From a virus (lineage: Duplodnaviria > Caudoviricetes), in IMG/VR virus record IMGVR_UViG_3300032319_000974, positions 1 through 38,946 of that record: 38,946 bases of DNA; one strand, given 5' to 3'. Positions 9,187 to 18,345 of this stretch are shown here, one piece after another. The notes below the pieces were generated by a model. That model worked only from the letters and a program-made list of their open reading frames with translations, had not been told where the DNA came from and searched no databases. A program made the translations under genes and the position numbers. The stretch's first letter is position 1. Each line of letters opens with the position of its first letter.

Positions 9187-12100
9187 ATGATCAAGACGCC
9201 AAGGCTGCATTCAGCAATTGTTTCCTACTTTGGCGGCTTGATCACAGGTAGTGACAATTTCAATTTATCCAATCAAATAATGGATGCCGCAAGATCAGGG
9301 GACTATGACAAGGCTCACGACCTGACCTTGCGGCATAATATGCTTGATAAAAATAATACGTATCAGAGTTACAAAAAATTTCCCATTAGATTGTTCGGGC
9401 AGAACATTCAGACAAAAATGGGAATAGAACATCCAGAGAAGGTGACGAAAGCAATGGCTATGACACATCCGGCAATCAAGACCATCGGGCTGGGCGACAA
9501 CGCATTGCATGCAATCGCATCCGGCAATTGGGACAAGGTTGATCCCGCGTCCATGGCGAAAATCCATCGGGCATTGATGGAGCATGGATTTGGCAAAGAC
9601 CCGCTTGATATCAGCCACATTGAGTCATATGCCAAGATGGCAAAAGCATATAATACGACCGTCACTCTGCGGCGTGGTCTGCGAAAGGCGTCGCAGCATG
9701 ATCGCGACCCAGAGCGTCAGCGAAAAATTGACATGGACACATCGTTCTTTCGCAAGCCAAAAACCTATCGCGGCGTGCATCCCGATCATGAGGCAATCGT
9801 TCGGTATTTCAGTCATTTCTCTCGGCCATTGCCCAGCGAATCCCGCGCAACCATCATGCATGACGCCACTTTGGGTGAATATGGTTCGGCACAACGAAAA
9901 CTGGCGCGACGCAATGATCGACTTCCCGCAGGTCTTGATGGATTGAAATTCGGCGATTATCAGATTGAATCTGTCAAGACAATGGATGAAAAGGGAATAT
10001 TCAAGTCATTTCACAAGTCAGTAAAAAAAAATAAACTAAGCAAGGCTGGCTGGGACGATGTCGATGAGTATGAAGATGATCCTGACAATGAAGATAGATC
10101 TTCAATAAAATTGGAACAATTTGATGATATAAAAGATGTCGAACAAAGATTGAATAAAATATTAGAATCATACGGCATGGATAGAGATACTATTTCTGAG
10201 TCTGTGATTAATCAACTGCGAGATAAAATAAAAGATGATATTGCTCGCGAATCTCTTGGTAATGTACAAAGACAGGGAGAACTTGAAAGAAGCGGTGAAG
10301 AAGATCCCACCGATAGTAATGGTGATCTAGAAGGCCTTGGCGGGAACGATGCTGAACAAGCAGACGGTGCTGAAACAGAAGACGGCGTCTTACCCGGTCC
10401 AGATGCTGAAGAAGCAGGCGGCGTCTTATCCGGTCCAAACGAGCCAGCCGATGACGATAATCCTTTTAATCTAAGTCCTGAAGAACTAGACCTTTTTAAC
10501 GATACAAATATCTCCGAACTGCATGAAAAAGTGGGACCACTAGCATTAAAAGGAAAAGGCAACTCGTCAAGGCGCGGCAAAGGACTTGGCGCTCCTCGTC
10601 CAACGCCATTGGCGGCAGAACGCTGGAATTCCCCTTATCACAATGGTTTTGGAGAATTCGTCTCCAGCAACGGCGAAAAGCCGGTGGGTCCGCTATTTGA
10701 GACCCATGGCGATAAGCATCCATCGGACTGGGAGGAAACCGCAGAAGGTCAAAAATTACTGAATTCATTATTCCCCACAAGAATTGATGAGAACGCCAAT
10801 TTTGATCCAAATAGAAACATGACAATATTTTCGGGAATCAAAGGAATTTCTGGCAACTCTGATCCGTCAGCAGAAGATTCGGAAGTGTCACTGCGGAGTA
10901 ATTTCGGTAACCTGCCCAAAAAGATGGTGAGTTGGAAGGTTCACATTGAAAAACTCCTCAAGCGTCCATTAACACGAACGGAAATGGCGTTTATCAATCA
11001 TCATGCGTATGAAGCAAAGGGTATGGCAGAAAATAAAGGATATAAGGCAAAATTGCCGACATCAAGCGCGAAAGCGACATTTGATGTTATTGGAACAATG
11101 TTGCAAGATAAGAATCTGCCAAATTCCATAAGAAATGTTTTTGAGAATGTCAGGAAAAATCCTAGTTCATTACCTGAAGCATGGGGAAAAATTGACGACA
11201 TTCTGGACGGAATGCAGCAAAAAGGTGTTGATGTCAGTTCGTATAGGGAAACAGTAGCACGCGGAAGACAACTGTCTTTGGCAGGTTCCTATATGGAAAA
11301 AAGGGTTGTCGGCGATAGGGCCGGAATACCGCGCTCCATTTACTCGAGTGAGCGAGACAGGGCAAAGGCTGAAGTTTCTGATCAATTAGATGCCATACGA
11401 CGCGAGTTTTTCCCAGCATCAACTGGATTACAACAGAAGATTGAAGCGGCTTTCAAGGCAAAAATGAGGGAGAAAGGCGGAGGAGAAGGCGCTTTTGACG
11501 CAATCACTCCAGAAGAAAAAACGGAGATTCTTCAGCAATCACTAACCAATATGGATCAGAATCAGGAAGCCGCAAGGGCTGAAGCAGCCGTGAGACTAGG
11601 CATTTCTTCTGCAAAAGAAATCTGGGAACTCAAGTTGCTTGAAAAGGAAAAGCCTCCAACGGGAAAAAGAGCGCTAAAACAACATAACGATCAAATTGCT
11701 GCCTTGAGGGGAAGAATTTCTCCATCTGATATAGACAGATGGAATGCATTTATGAGTCGCGACTACAGAGGCGACACGGCAGACGTGGTCAAAAAATATA
11801 GGGAATTATATCCTGACGCCGCTGATTCTATAGTGATGGGCATTCAAGGTGGAGCGAAGTTCCGTTTTGATCGTCATCCAGAAGGCAAAAAGTTTGTGGA
11901 GCGGGGATTTAATCAAATCTCCGACAGCATTCAATCACTTCCCTCAAACATAGGCGCAACATTGCGCAATGCAATTAGCAAACGAGATACAGAAGGCATT
12001 CGGGCAAGTTTTGTGGATACCGACAGGGAAATTAATGATTTAGAAAAAAGGGGAGTAATCACCGCCGAACAGCGACTAGCATATAGGAAGATACTGCAAG

Positions 12101-15100
12101 ATGCAGAGCAGCATATTTCGCAAGCAAGCGGAAATATTCCATCAAGATCACTTAAAACAGAAGATGTTCCTGAGGGAGGCCTTTTCGACTCCGAAAGCGG
12201 AGCCGATTTAGACAGGGCCACGCACATTACTCCATTTGACGCAATGATGGCATATCATCCGGAGAAAAAGAGAGGCGGGGCATCTTCCGAAGCAAGCGCA
12301 GAGAAAGAGTTCGAAGACGAACATAAAAGGCAAGTTGATAGCAAAAAACGTGAAATAATGAACGCCACCGATGACCCTGAAGAGCAAGCGCGTCTTGAAA
12401 AAGAGTTGGAGGCAATTGAAAAAGGAAAAGAAGCAAGCAAGCGGGCATGGATGGATTCAGTTACCAATACAGAATCCTTGTATGGCAAAAGAAAAACAGA
12501 ATCAGAACAAAGATTAGATGCTAAAAAGCGTAGTTTGGACACCCGGTATCGCGCTAAGGTAGCAAACGCTTGGTCTATATTGAATCCGGACGTAATGTTC
12601 GACACTAATAACTACGCCGCTGAAGCAGAGGGAGAGAATGGGAAAAAACTGCGTTCTGCACTCGAGACAGCATATGCGTTGGCTACTAAAAAGGCTACTC
12701 CTGAGCAAACAAACGCAAATCAGGAATCCGCCGCAAAAATAGTAGAAGAACTTCTTGCAGCACGAAATAGTGCCGGACATCCTCTTATTCGAAATAACGG
12801 CATGTTGAAGCAAATCTATAATGCTCTAAACACATTACGGCAAATACAGGAGCGCAGGAAGAGCCTGCTTGCTGGCGAACGTCCGGAAGAATCTGGAAGA
12901 CGCCGTGACACTCTAGGTAGTCGCACTCCACTTGAAGAAGTGTCGTTTGGAGGAGTGCCGGTATCGGGTAGAAATTTTGTGGATTGGGCGACAGGTGAAA
13001 ATACTGGCAAAGGAGAGTTGTCACCGCTGGATGATGAGAACTCTGTATATCATGAGATTGTTAAAACTATTACGCATAAGCAAGATGAAAATGGAAACAC
13101 TGTTCCAAGATACACACCTGAAGATATAAATACTCTATTGAGTGACCGTCGCGAGCGAGAGAAAAAGGGAGACTTCATAACTCCGAAGGATAAAGCGGAG
13201 TATGCCTTAGTTGGATGGATCAGTAGGCACCAGCAGGCAGAAAAAGCGAGGGCCAGACGACTGGCCACACTGCAGGGATTGCGCGATGATCCTGACAAAC
13301 TCAATGAACATTGGGAAACATATAAGGACGATGCCGAGAAAAACATTCGAGGGTCAGGGCTTAGTCCAGAAGCAAAAGAGCGATTGTACGAGGAAATCTC
13401 CACGCCGGAGGGATGGCTTGCGAGACAGGAGCGTTCATTCAGGTCGGCGGATAGGGAGCAGGTTAAAAAAGTATGGGAGGTCATCAGGGATCATCCCATG
13501 GCTAATCTCTTGAAAGGCAAAATTGCCACTCAAATGATGTTTAGATCAGGTAACGTGGACGGTGGCGTGGAAGGGGGCATGACCAAAAACAGAAGAGCGC
13601 TTTACGACGGTGATCGAAGTGGATTGAGCGATCCAGACCTACCGGGTCGTGTTGGAGACCCTGCGTCTCCTTCTGGATATCCGGTCGCAAGAGTTGCAGT
13701 TCTTGACGCTAGCGGAAAGCCGACAGGACGATATACCTATCAAGAGTTTGCTCCAGATGCAGGTAGAGACCCGCTTCTTCATGCTGCACACGAACAGTTT
13801 CAACGAAATCGTGCTGCGTCAGCAATGACACGAGATGTGTTTTGGCCTGCTTTAAGTCGTGCATCACAACAGACGGGCGGCGAAGTAAACGCCATGTTGC
13901 AGGGAGACCCAAAACTTACTCAATGGTTTAGGAACTTTACCGACGATAGAGGAGCGTTAGACACAGGAGAGGTCAAGAGATTTCTCAGATATCAAGCGGA
14001 TAAAACTGGAAAATATGCTGGCAGTGATGGATCAACATTTGATGAGCAAAAATTTAATGCTGATTTTAACAAAATAAGTGCAGATAAAAACAAATTACAA
14101 ACTGCATTTTCTCAGGCATTGTATGATGCATCAGTAGGAAGTCATCGCACAGGAGGGGGCGGAGGGAAATATGACGTTCCATCTCTTCCGTCTTCATTCA
14201 TTAATAAAATACATGACTTTTATCATTTGGCCATATCAAAAAACGAAGGCGATCATGTTGGTAACTACATGGCACGCCGAACCGAGGGCATTGAGCAACG
14301 TGCGGATCAACGTGATGCGGCAGACACGGCCGAAACCGCACGCAAAAACAAAGGACGAGGGCAAGGAACGCTAGAGGACGGCGATCAAGGTGGATTGGCC
14401 AGAGTCAATGTGAAGGAATTACCCTTCGAAGAGGCTGCAAGTCAACTCCTTCAGGATAAAATGTTCCGCGGTCAGCGAGAAGGCGCTGGAAGAACAAGTC
14501 GAGACCTAGCCTCTGGACATCTCGGAACTTCTGAAAGTCGCAGACAGAGTTTCAATGGACATGTGATCAATAAAGTTGGCGAAGATTTAGTGCCAGAAGA
14601 AGGAGAAACGCAGACACATGGCGAAACACCGTGGTCGGATCGAGAACTTCTACTGGCGCATGCACTTCATTCCCTTAGACACGTATATCCTGAATATCAC
14701 CATCTAGAAAACAAGACAAAAGATGAAGATGGAAATCCGATTGTCGATCCTAAGACAGGGAAAATAGTACACGCCACGTCAGGCGGAAACGCAGGACTTC
14801 TTCACGCGGCGATTTCTCAGTACATTCAGGGTGCTGCGACGGGAAATTACGACATGATGCTTGATGGAGCGCATTACCTGACCAGTAAGGGAACAAATGC
14901 ACAATACGAAGGATTGCAAAGGGCGGACCTTAAAGATCAGCATGGCATTCCGGGAACTGTTAGGGTTTCACATCTTTTTAAGCCAGTTGCAAGCACCATT
15001 CGGGCGGGATCGTGGAAAGGCGCTGGAGAAAGAACAAGCAAGGCCGAGGCGCGTAAATGGACAGCCACTGCCCTGCCTCAAATTCGTCAGGCAGCAAGCG

Positions 15101-15285
15101 ACGGGCATTTCGACGCGCTCAAGCCAGTTGTAAGCAATTATTTCAAAACAGCAGAAAGACTGAAAAGTGAAAGGCCTGTTGCACAAGTAGACCCGACTGC
15201 TCCAGTCGTACCCGCGGCCGCAGCACCGGCTGTAGTCAAGGCGTTTGCCCCTACGCCATTCCCATTCAGGATTGGAGCGTTCTAA
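9187..15285 (+). CDS. Giant hypothetical protein (2032 aa), likely internal head/ejected protein
   Basis: 6.1-kb ORF with GGAGG RBS; charged and helical; no catalytic motif recognised. Confidence 0.85.
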   Translation: MIKTPRLHSAIVSYFGGLITGSDNFNLSNQIMDAARSGDYDKAHDLTLRHNMLDKNNTYQSYKKFPIRLFGQNIQTKMGIEHPEKVTKAMAMTHPAIKTIGLGDNALHAIASGNWDKVDPASMAKIHRALMEHGFGKDPLDISHIESYAKMAKAYNTTVTLRRGLRKASQHDRDPERQRKIDMDTSFFRKPKTYRGVHPDHEAIVRYFSHFSRPLPSESRATIMHDATLGEYGSAQRKLARRNDRLPAGLDGLKFGDYQIESVKTMDEKGIFKSFHKSVKKNKLSKAGWDDVDEYEDDPDNEDRSSIKLEQFDDIKDVEQRLNKILESYGMDRDTISESVINQLRDKIKDDIARESLGNVQRQGELERSGEEDPTDSNGDLEGLGGNDAEQADGAETEDGVLPGPDAEEAGGVLSGPNEPADDDNPFNLSPEELDLFNDTNISELHEKVGPLALKGKGNSSRRGKGLGAPRPTPLAAERWNSPYHNGFGEFVSSNGEKPVGPLFETHGDKHPSDWEETAEGQKLLNSLFPTRIDENANFDPNRNMTIFSGIKGISGNSDPSAEDSEVSLRSNFGNLPKKMVSWKVHIEKLLKRPLTRTEMAFINHHAYEAKGMAENKGYKAKLPTSSAKATFDVIGTMLQDKNLPNSIRNVFENVRKNPSSLPEAWGKIDDILDGMQQKGVDVSSYRETVARGRQLSLAGSYMEKRVVGDRAGIPRSIYSSERDRAKAEVSDQLDAIRREFFPASTGLQQKIEAAFKAKMREKGGGEGAFDAITPEEKTEILQQSLTNMDQNQEAARAEAAVRLGISSAKEIWELKLLEKEKPPTGKRALKQHNDQIAALRGRISPSDIDRWNAFMSRDYRGDTADVVKKYRELYPDAADSIVMGIQGGAKFRFDRHPEGKKFVERGFNQISDSIQSLPSNIGATLRNAISKRDTEGIRASFVDTDREINDLEKRGVITAEQRLAYRKILQDAEQHISQASGNIPSRSLKTEDVPEGGLFDSESGADLDRATHITPFDAMMAYHPEKKRGGASSEASAEKEFEDEHKRQVDSKKREIMNATDDPEEQARLEKELEAIEKGKEASKRAWMDSVTNTESLYGKRKTESEQRLDAKKRSLDTRYRAKVANAWSILNPDVMFDTNNYAAEAEGENGKKLRSALETAYALATKKATPEQTNANQESAAKIVEELLAARNSAGHPLIRNNGMLKQIYNALNTLRQIQERRKSLLAGERPEESGRRRDTLGSRTPLEEVSFGGVPVSGRNFVDWATGENTGKGELSPLDDENSVYHEIVKTITHKQDENGNTVPRYTPEDINTLLSDRREREKKGDFITPKDKAEYALVGWISRHQQAEKARARRLATLQGLRDDPDKLNEHWETYKDDAEKNIRGSGLSPEAKERLYEEISTPEGWLARQERSFRSADREQVKKVWEVIRDHPMANLLKGKIATQMMFRSGNVDGGVEGGMTKNRRALYDGDRSGLSDPDLPGRVGDPASPSGYPVARVAVLDASGKPTGRYTYQEFAPDAGRDPLLHAAHEQFQRNRAASAMTRDVFWPALSRASQQTGGEVNAMLQGDPKLTQWFRNFTDDRGALDTGEVKRFLRYQADKTGKYAGSDGSTFDEQKFNADFNKISADKNKLQTAFSQALYDASVGSHRTGGGGGKYDVPSLPSSFINKIHDFYHLAISKNEGDHVGNYMARRTEGIEQRADQRDAADTAETARKNKGRGQGTLEDGDQGGLARVNVKELPFEEAASQLLQDKMFRGQREGAGRTSRDLASGHLGTSESRRQSFNGHVINKVGEDLVPEEGETQTHGETPWSDRELLLAHALHSLRHVYPEYHHLENKTKDEDGNPIVDPKTGKIVHATSGGNAGLLHAAISQYIQGAATGNYDMMLDGAHYLTSKGTNAQYEGLQRADLKDQHGIPGTVRVSHLFKPVASTIRAGSWKGAGERTSKAEARKWTATALPQIRQAASDGHFDALKPVVSNYFKTAERLKSERPVAQVDPTAPVVPAAAAPAVVKAFAPTPFPFRIGAF
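10366..10437 (+). repeat. Imperfect 36-nt in-frame tandem duplication (GAETEDGVLPGP / DAEEAGGVLSGP)
   Basis: ggtgctgaaacagaagacggcgtcttacccggtcca followed by gatgctgaagaagcaggcggcgtcttatccggtcca. Confidence 0.85.
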
Positions 15286-15288
15286 CGC

Positions 15289-15873
15289 ATGGAGCGACGA
15301 GTTGGCGCAAGGTCGGGATGGAGTGCTTCCAAGACATCAGGATTGCGGTCCCGTCAAACCGATGAAGACCGACCCGCTCCCGGCCTAGGGGGAATTCAGA
15401 CCCCTGACGGCCGGAAAAATCCTGCGAGTCAGAAGGCAACTGGCATTGAGAACCTTCTTCGTTACGCATTGCTCAGGAAAGGAATCAATTTCATCGAACA
15501 GGCGTCCATAGGGCCATGGTCAATCGACTTCCTCCTTCCCGATTACATGGCCTGCGTGGAGGCTGACGGAGAATTCTGGCATAGTAGTCCTTCGGCGCGA
15601 ATGAAAGACCGACGCAAGGATGCATGGCTCAAAAGCAGAGGGTACATGGTGTTTCATTTTGACGGATGGGAAATCAAGCAGGACTCAGATTTTTGTGTGT
15701 CCCGCATGATGAAATCAATAGAAGGAAAAATGAATAATCTCGTACAATCAATCGCTGAAGAAGAGGAAAGTTCCGTAGACCAGCCGTCAATGGAGGCCGT
15801 GATAGATGAGCAGCCCAGAGCAACTGAAGAAAAAAATGACGAATACGAACAGTGGCTCTCAGGGAACAGATGA
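15289..15873 (+). CDS. Vsr/DUF559-family PD-(D/E)XK endonuclease
   Basis: IENLL..EQASIGPWSIDFLL..VEADGEFWH..KDRRKDAWLKSRGYMVFHF signature. Confidence 0.85.
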   Translation: MERRVGARSGWSASKTSGLRSRQTDEDRPAPGLGGIQTPDGRKNPASQKATGIENLLRYALLRKGINFIEQASIGPWSIDFLLPDYMACVEADGEFWHSSPSARMKDRRKDAWLKSRGYMVFHFDGWEIKQDSDFCVSRMMKSIEGKMNNLVQSIAEEEESSVDQPSMEAVIDEQPRATEEKNDEYEQWLSGNR

Positions 15874-16114
15874 TCACGGACTTCATTCTCCAAAATACTC
15901 ACAGGCCGGAAATGCCACATGTACCAATCCGAAGTGCAAGGCGCGAATTGTCAAGTCTAATGCAACGATGGACGTTTCAGAAAGACTCTACAAGGCATTG
16001 ATGGTTACGAATAGAACTAAAATATTCATAGTAGAAGGCGCAGTGGTTGCAGAATGTGTATGTGGAACCCGCTACGACATGGGCGGAGTATTTTTTGAAA
16101 AGACGAAAAAATGA
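15806..16114 (+). CDS. Small zinc-ribbon protein
   Basis: CTNPKC..AECVCG cysteine pairs; GGAGG upstream; ATGA overlap with next gene; start uncertain. Confidence 0.6.
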   Translation: MSSPEQLKKKMTNTNSGSQGTDDHGLHSPKYSQAGNATCTNPKCKARIVKSNATMDVSERLYKALMVTNRTKIFIVEGAVVAECVCGTRYDMGGVFFEKTKK

Positions 16115-17577
16115 CAGTAACCGCAGGAACAGTGACGTTTGACGCAACCGAATACTGCCGGTACACCATCGGCATGAACACGATCACCGTGTCGCTGACT
16201 CCGTCAGGCGGGTCTTTGCTGGCCGGTGAGGCATTCAAGTTCTCGATCTTGCGTCAGGCTGTGCCCAATTGGCCCGATGCCTATCGCAGTGTCATGAGCA
16301 AGACGGTTACTGCAACTTCTGCCGATGTTTCAACAAATACGGTTTCATGCACATTTACCATTGGAGTTGATGACATGGATGCTGATGGAATCACCAGATG
16401 CATCAGTGGCTACTACAATGCAACGGCATCTCCTGTTGCCAGTCCGCTTACAGTCTGGACGGCAGCCTCATTGATGTATGTCACATTGATGCCGGTCAGC
16501 GAAATACGCAGCGAGTGGTGCTATGGTGCCCCTCTCAGGTCAATTGAAACCATGATGCCGAAGTTTCCGCCCAAGAATATCACCGGAGTGACGTTCGATG
16601 AAATCTCCTTGGAGACCATTCCGGGGATGAAGTCACTGATCCTGACCTACACGGCACCGCTTGGCATGATTGCGGAATCATGGACAATCGCGTGGGACGG
16701 AGGCGCTCCGGTCGTCATCAATCAAGTCAAGACACAATACATCCTGATGGATGAATTGGAACTGAACTACGCAATTGTGACCATCACCAAGGCGATGCTT
16801 CCCAAACAGACCATTACGGAAAAACTGTTGATCGTGCAGGGAGAAATGCCGGACGCCATGATTGCCCGACGCATTCGCAATGCGATGAATAGCGCCGAAT
16901 CGATGATGGGCTTCCCTTTGGAGCCATATCTGTACACGTCAATGCCGCTTTATCCGGGACAAGTTCTCGAACACAACAAGATGACTGATCACTGGGATCG
17001 CGTCGGCAGGGCAGTGGATTATATCGTCCCTGTGGATGGATATCAATGGCCGAGTTTTCGCCTGCCCTCTCAGTGGTGCATCAAGATGCATAGCCTGTAC
17101 GGATTTCATTCTGTGGACAAGATCATCTCCATCGACAGCGACTGGTGGGACAGCACGATTGATCGCATGTCAGGATTTGTGCAACTAGTTCCCGCCCTTG
17201 CGTCATTTGCGCGATGGACTGTTTACACCCATCCCATGCTTGCGCCATTCTTCATGCATCGGAACATTCCCTCGTTCTGGCAATATAACGCGACATTCGG
17301 ATTGCCTGACCTGTCCGACAATACCCGCGCTCCCGTACGTGAAGTAATTGCCCGGATGGCAGCCTCGAGCGTGCTGCTTGACGCACAACGAGCCTATCAG
17401 GGCGGATATGGGTCGCAATCGACAGGTCGAGATGGCCTTTCGACTTCGGGTTCATTCAACCCCGGCGGTCCTTATGCGACCACCATTCAGCAGCATCAGC
17501 AATGGTTGCAATTGGAAGTGCCAAGACTGAAGGCAAAACTGGGCGGATTGCTGCTCGGCATGCTTGGGGCTTCATAA
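16111..17577 (+). CDS. Head-tail connector/neck protein, SPO1-like
   Basis: C-terminal VIARMAASSVL..GGYGSQSTGRDGLSTS..PYATTIQQ resembles myovirus neck adaptors; beta-rich N-terminal extension. Confidence 0.65.
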   Translation: MTVTAGTVTFDATEYCRYTIGMNTITVSLTPSGGSLLAGEAFKFSILRQAVPNWPDAYRSVMSKTVTATSADVSTNTVSCTFTIGVDDMDADGITRCISGYYNATASPVASPLTVWTAASLMYVTLMPVSEIRSEWCYGAPLRSIETMMPKFPPKNITGVTFDEISLETIPGMKSLILTYTAPLGMIAESWTIAWDGGAPVVINQVKTQYILMDELELNYAIVTITKAMLPKQTITEKLLIVQGEMPDAMIARRIRNAMNSAESMMGFPLEPYLYTSMPLYPGQVLEHNKMTDHWDRVGRAVDYIVPVDGYQWPSFRLPSQWCIKMHSLYGFHSVDKIISIDSDWWDSTIDRMSGFVQLVPALASFARWTVYTHPMLAPFFMHRNIPSFWQYNATFGLPDLSDNTRAPVREVIARMAASSVLLDAQRAYQGGYGSQSTGRDGLSTSGSFNPGGPYATTIQQHQQWLQLEVPRLKAKLGGLLLGMLGAS

Positions 17578-17578
17578 C

Positions 17579-18256
17579 ATGCCTCTTCGCATAATACAGT
17601 TCAACCGCGCCATTGCGACACATGGCGACATGGTAATTCATTATCGCGGCAATATTTGCTCCTGCTCTTCAACCGGACGCCTCGAGGAAGCCGATCTGAC
17701 ATGCAGGAAGTGCAACGGGCTGGGCGTGTTCTGGAGTGATCCAAAGCCCATCCGTGCCATCATTACCGGACTGGACTCGGATCGAATGGGTCGTCATTGG
17801 TTGCAGAACGGAATCGCCCTGCCCGAAGACATGTCCTGCTCTACCTATCCTGCATATGCAAGAAGGTTCAAGGATTACGACAAAGTCATCCCGACATGGA
17901 GGCACGGATTTCCATACGCTGGAGAATTGTTACGCCGCGGCGAAAAAGATACATTGATCTACAAGCCTGTGGGAAGAATACAAAAGGTTTCAAAAGTAAA
18001 TCCTGAAAGCGGCATCGAAACACTCTGGACTCAGGATGTTGATTATACGATGACCGGTGAGGATGGCAAGGAAGTCACGTGGATTTCTGGCCATGGTCCC
18101 GCCTTTGATGAGGTCTATGCAGTAGTATATGAGCCACGGTTTGAGTTTGTCGCATGGGCATCGCCGGGTGAAAGATGGGAACGTGGACGTGACCTTGGCA
18201 GGAGAATTTTGCTAAGAAAGGTCCATTTGCCTTGGCCTAAAACCAATTGGGGTTAG
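17579..18256 (+). CDS. Neck/head-completion protein, Herelleviridae-like
   Basis: HGDMV..ICSC..TCRKCNGLG motif typical of SPO1/Twort-like neck proteins; directly follows connector gene. Confidence 0.7.
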   Translation: MPLRIIQFNRAIATHGDMVIHYRGNICSCSSTGRLEEADLTCRKCNGLGVFWSDPKPIRAIITGLDSDRMGRHWLQNGIALPEDMSCSTYPAYARRFKDYDKVIPTWRHGFPYAGELLRRGEKDTLIYKPVGRIQKVSKVNPESGIETLWTQDVDYTMTGEDGKEVTWISGHGPAFDEVYAVVYEPRFEFVAWASPGERWERGRDLGRRILLRKVHLPWPKTNWG

Positions 18257-18298
18257 AGGCATTTCGCTCCAAATTGCTCCGATACTATTCATCTACAC

Positions 18299-18335
18299 GA
18301 TGCCACTTTGGTCAGAAGTGGCATCAATTTTATTT
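18299..18335 (+). terminator. Hairpin/possible intrinsic terminator between neck genes and nrdJ
   Basis: GATGCCACTT-tggtcag-AAGTGGCATC perfect 10-bp stem followed by aattttattt. Confidence 0.5.
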
Positions 18336-18345
18336 GGAGGCAACC

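Noticed and set aside
9187-15285. Giant ORF as tape measure protein or virion RNA polymerase
   Set aside because: No tail-gene context, no Ala/Gly-rich tape-measure periodicity or transmembrane region, and no DxDGD polymerase motif was seen.
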